A stretch of DNA of 37,155 nucleotides from Candidatus Microgenomates bacterium (lineage in GTDB: Bacteria > Patescibacteriota > Microgenomatia > JAADGY01), in the NCBI GenBank assembly GCA_015486555.1, contig WFRL01000058.1, positions 1 through 37,155 on the forward strand, written 5' to 3'. The number at the start of each line of letters is the position of its first letter. Position 1 is the stretch's first letter. The notes beneath the pieces are model-generated. The model saw only the letters and a list, made by a program, of their open reading frames with translations. It did not search any database and was not told the origin of the DNA. Below are positions 34,664 through 37,155 of the stretch, in pieces. The translations under genes and the position numbers were made by a program.

Positions 34664-36951
34664 TTGGGACCGACCGAAATCAGGATGTTGCTTTTTCGAT
34701 ATGGGAGGCGTTGTAACAACTTAGGAACTGGAGGTTGAAAAGTGATCTGGAAAGCGAATACCCCAGGCAAGTTTTGAAGATAAAAAATAGAGCTTTGAAG
34801 ATCCTTTCCGACCAGATTGGTCTGAATGGTTTTATTGTTGAAATTCCATTTTAAGGGAATGTTTAGTTCTAATTTGTATTTATTGCCTTCTTCTGGAGTA
34901 AATTTCCAACCGATGTTATTTTTATCCACTTGGAAACCGTGGGGTACTGTCTGTTGAAGAACTTTGTTTACTAAAGTTTCCACATCGGCTTGGTTGTAAG
35001 TGAGGACGTTTATTTGAACCTTACTTTCTAAGCTCACCCTTTCCGCCGGCTGGTTCAACTTACTGCTTAGTTTGTTCTGGAGGTACTTCAAAGAAAGAGA
35101 GGAATTGATTATCTTTTCCCCGGTGGCTAGTTTATTTTGGAGGAGCTGCTCCAAGTTTTGGTCAATCTGATCTTTGATCTCTTCTTTTAACTTGTCAACG
35201 TCATCTTGAGAAACAGATTTGACTTGATATTTTTTTCCTCCTTGGAAATCTTGGCTTACCTTAGCTGAGTAGCTTGTTTTATCTAAATGGTTAAAGTATA
35301 GTTGAGTGCCTTTCTTGAGATTGGCTTCCTCGCCCCAGAAGGTAGTTTCGGCAGTAACCTCAGCCTTGCCTGGGATAGTAAGAATAGAGCCGTCCTCATT
35401 TTTTTGACTACTTTTGCTAGCTACGCTTGCTTTCTCGTCTAGTTTAAGTTTTTTCTCTGGGTTATTAGCGAGATAGAGGAGGTCACCTTTAAGGAAGAGA
35501 TGGGGTTTAGAGGTATAGTTGTAGATAATTATCTTCCCCTTACCTGGGTCACCGGTTTCACTGGTGCCAGTTGTTGGTGTTTCTGCCCTTTTAGTTAGAC
35601 TAAGTTGGATGGTTTTAGCCGGGAGGATGAAGTTTTGATAGTCAGCTTTTTTTACTTGATCTGAGAAGGTTACTTCGATGTTTTTGTGAAGTGACTCTGA
35701 TCGGGGAGTAATGATAATTTTTGCCTTGAAAAAGAAAAAGTAACTTAGACCAATAGCTAGAGGAATTATAAGGAAAGGTATAGAGAGGATAAATAATCTT
35801 AGCAGCCAACTTTTACTGAGGGAAAGAAAGGAAGAAGGGAGTCTTAGTAACTCAAGTTTTAATTTCCCCAAAAATGAAGAAATGACCTGGAAGGGAGAGA
35901 TTAAACTAGCCAGCTTAATTGGGAATAAGAAAGGAAAAGATCTCTTTTTTTTTGGCTGGGTTGTTATCGGGACCTCATCAGGATTAAGAATTACTCCCAT
36001 TGTTTCTAGTTCAGAGACTTCATCAGCCGGCGACTGTTTTTTTTCCTCGGCGAGAAAAGGAGTCTCTTCCTTTTTCCTTTGAGGTAGTTTTTCCTTCCTT
36101 TTAGCTTCTTCTTGATGAGAAAGGGGAGTTTCTTCTCTACCTGGCTTGGGGACAATTTCTTGAGGTAGGGGAGGCTTGGGAGGGGTTTTACTTTCAGTTG
36201 TTGAGACGGTAGCCTTAAGGGTAGACCCCTCAACCTGAGTTAGCCACCTAACCTCCTTTTGGTCTTTGAAAACAACTAAAAGTATCTTTTCCATCAATTC
36301 CTGGAAACTGAGAAGTTCTAGTTGAGGATTTTGGGGAAAACCAAACTCTGTTTCCCAAGCGGCATTTTCAAGGATTTGCCGTATTTTCTGAGGGTCTTGG
36401 ACAGCAACAAGAACACGAAGAGGTTGGACTTTATTTTTTAATCGGCTGATGGCCTCAGCCATGTCTGCTAAAAGGTCATCACTTCGGCCGATCGATAAAT
36501 GTTCACTTACCCGGCCTAACTCGATTCGTGTCAGGTGGATCTGCTTATTAAGGAGAGTAAAAAAAAGAAAAGATGGGGGGGAAAGTGTCTTTTGCCGCCA
36601 AGCGTGGCTAAGAGCTTCTTCTAAAACAACGAAACCATTAACCTCCAAGTCGAGTTCTTTTTTAGCTAGTTTAAGGATCTCCTTCCTGTTAGGGGTCAGT
36701 TCGTTGGCTACCAACCAATCTTGAGAAAGAACGAAAACAGTTTCTTTTACTTCTAAGGATGTTGTTTGATAGAACTGACTAAGAATATCATCTAGAGTGG
36801 TTAGAAAGCCGTCTTTGCTGGTCTCAAAGTCTAAAAAGGGAGTGAGATTATGAACTTCAATCGTTTGATTAGCCAGTCTTATTAGTAAACCGCTAATCTG
36901 GGCTTCAAAAGCGAAGAAAATGTTAATCCATTTGTCTTTTTGGTTAGTCAT
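34660..36951 (-). CDS. Membrane protein with C-terminal baseplate-J/gp47-like region
   Basis: Soluble N-terminal domain, P/E/K linker, single TM, then TTG..G..GKGKIIIYN..GD.L..GE.ANL..G..F.GG..VSQ.D pattern; ATGA overlap with GH39 gene. Confidence 0.55.
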   Translation of the reverse strand: MTNQKDKWINIFFAFEAQISGLLIRLANQTIEVHNLTPFLDFETSKDGFLTTLDDILSQFYQTTSLEVKETVFVLSQDWLVANELTPNRKEILKLAKKELDLEVNGFVVLEEALSHAWRQKTLSPPSFLFFTLLNKQIHLTRIELGRVSEHLSIGRSDDLLADMAEAISRLKNKVQPLRVLVAVQDPQKIRQILENAAWETEFGFPQNPQLELLSFQELMEKILLVVFKDQKEVRWLTQVEGSTLKATVSTTESKTPPKPPLPQEIVPKPGREETPLSHQEEAKRKEKLPQRKKEETPFLAEEKKQSPADEVSELETMGVILNPDEVPITTQPKKKRSFPFLFPIKLASLISPFQVISSFLGKLKLELLRLPSSFLSLSKSWLLRLFILSIPFLIIPLAIGLSYFFFFKAKIIITPRSESLHKNIEVTFSDQVKKADYQNFILPAKTIQLSLTKRAETPTTGTSETGDPGKGKIIIYNYTSKPHLFLKGDLLYLANNPEKKLKLDEKASVASKSSQKNEDGSILTIPGKAEVTAETTFWGEEANLKKGTQLYFNHLDKTSYSAKVSQDFQGGKKYQVKSVSQDDVDKLKEEIKDQIDQNLEQLLQNKLATGEKIINSSLSLKYLQNKLSSKLNQPAERVSLESKVQINVLTYNQADVETLVNKVLQQTVPHGFQVDKNNIGWKFTPEEGNKYKLELNIPLKWNFNNKTIQTNLVGKDLQSSIFYLQNLPGVFAFQITFQPPVPKLLQRLPYRKSNILISVGPK

Positions 36952-37054
36952 TTTTCTTCCTTCCTCTTTAAGTCTAGCAGAAATTTTTTACCACGGCTAG
37001 ATGGAGTCTTACCCAATCAAAAATCGGATTGAAAAGGAACCTTCCTCTCTCCAC

Positions 37055-37155
37055 GTCATCCTGAACGAGCCGTCAGGCGAAGTGAAGGATCTAGCCGAAG
37101 GCGCATGAGAGTTAACTTAAGTTTGGGTGCCAATACCTTTGCGCTCGCTCCGCTC
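37055..37155. repeat. REP/REPIN-like doublet, truncated by window end
   Basis: GTCATCCTGAACGAGCCGTCAGGCGAAGTGAAGGATCTAGCCGAAGGCGCA..TGCGCTCGCTCCGCTC. Confidence 0.85.

Noticed and set aside
34660..36951. Prophage interpretation based on the baseplate-J-like domain
   Set aside because: The protein is membrane-anchored, flanked by cell-envelope genes, and no capsid, terminase, tail or integrase genes are present.

Overview
A 37.2-kb AT-rich bacterial chromosomal segment, read with the standard code (TGA used as stop). Its gene content points to Patescibacteria/CPR, probably Microgenomates (inference): a PrgI-family protein, tandem TrbC/VirB2-like pilins, a large CHAP-domain membrane protein, a baseplate-J-like protein and a short ValRS. 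Housekeeping genes are groES-groEL (sigma70 promoter, degenerate CIRCE, terminator), gmk, valS, a UvrD-nuclease fusion, an HPF/RaiA-like protein, murJ, a TerC protein and tRNA-Gly(CCC). Accessory genes include an encapsulin-type ferritin-like protein, an HD protein, a wHTH plus nucleotidyltransferase pair (AbiE/type IV TA-like), NfeD-SPFH, a GH39-like hydrolase and two ORFans. The most striking signal is non-coding: a nested three-tier repeat system in almost every large intergenic gap and at both window ends. It consists of (A) REP/REPIN-like inverted doublets GTCAT(T/C)CTGA..GAAG(A/G)ATCTAGC with covarying arms and GNA/GNNA-loop hairpins, (B) degenerate 7-bp tandem tracts, and (C) a 20-bp palindrome CCTGCCTGC(C/T)GGCAGGCAGG inserted into those tracts, with an 'empty' site also visible. 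One doublet appears split around a 4.7-kb accessory block. No mobilising enzyme is visible in the window. About a dozen genes have a -10 box only 5-9 nt before the ATG, suggesting widespread leaderless translation. All calls come from reading motifs by eye; no searches were run.
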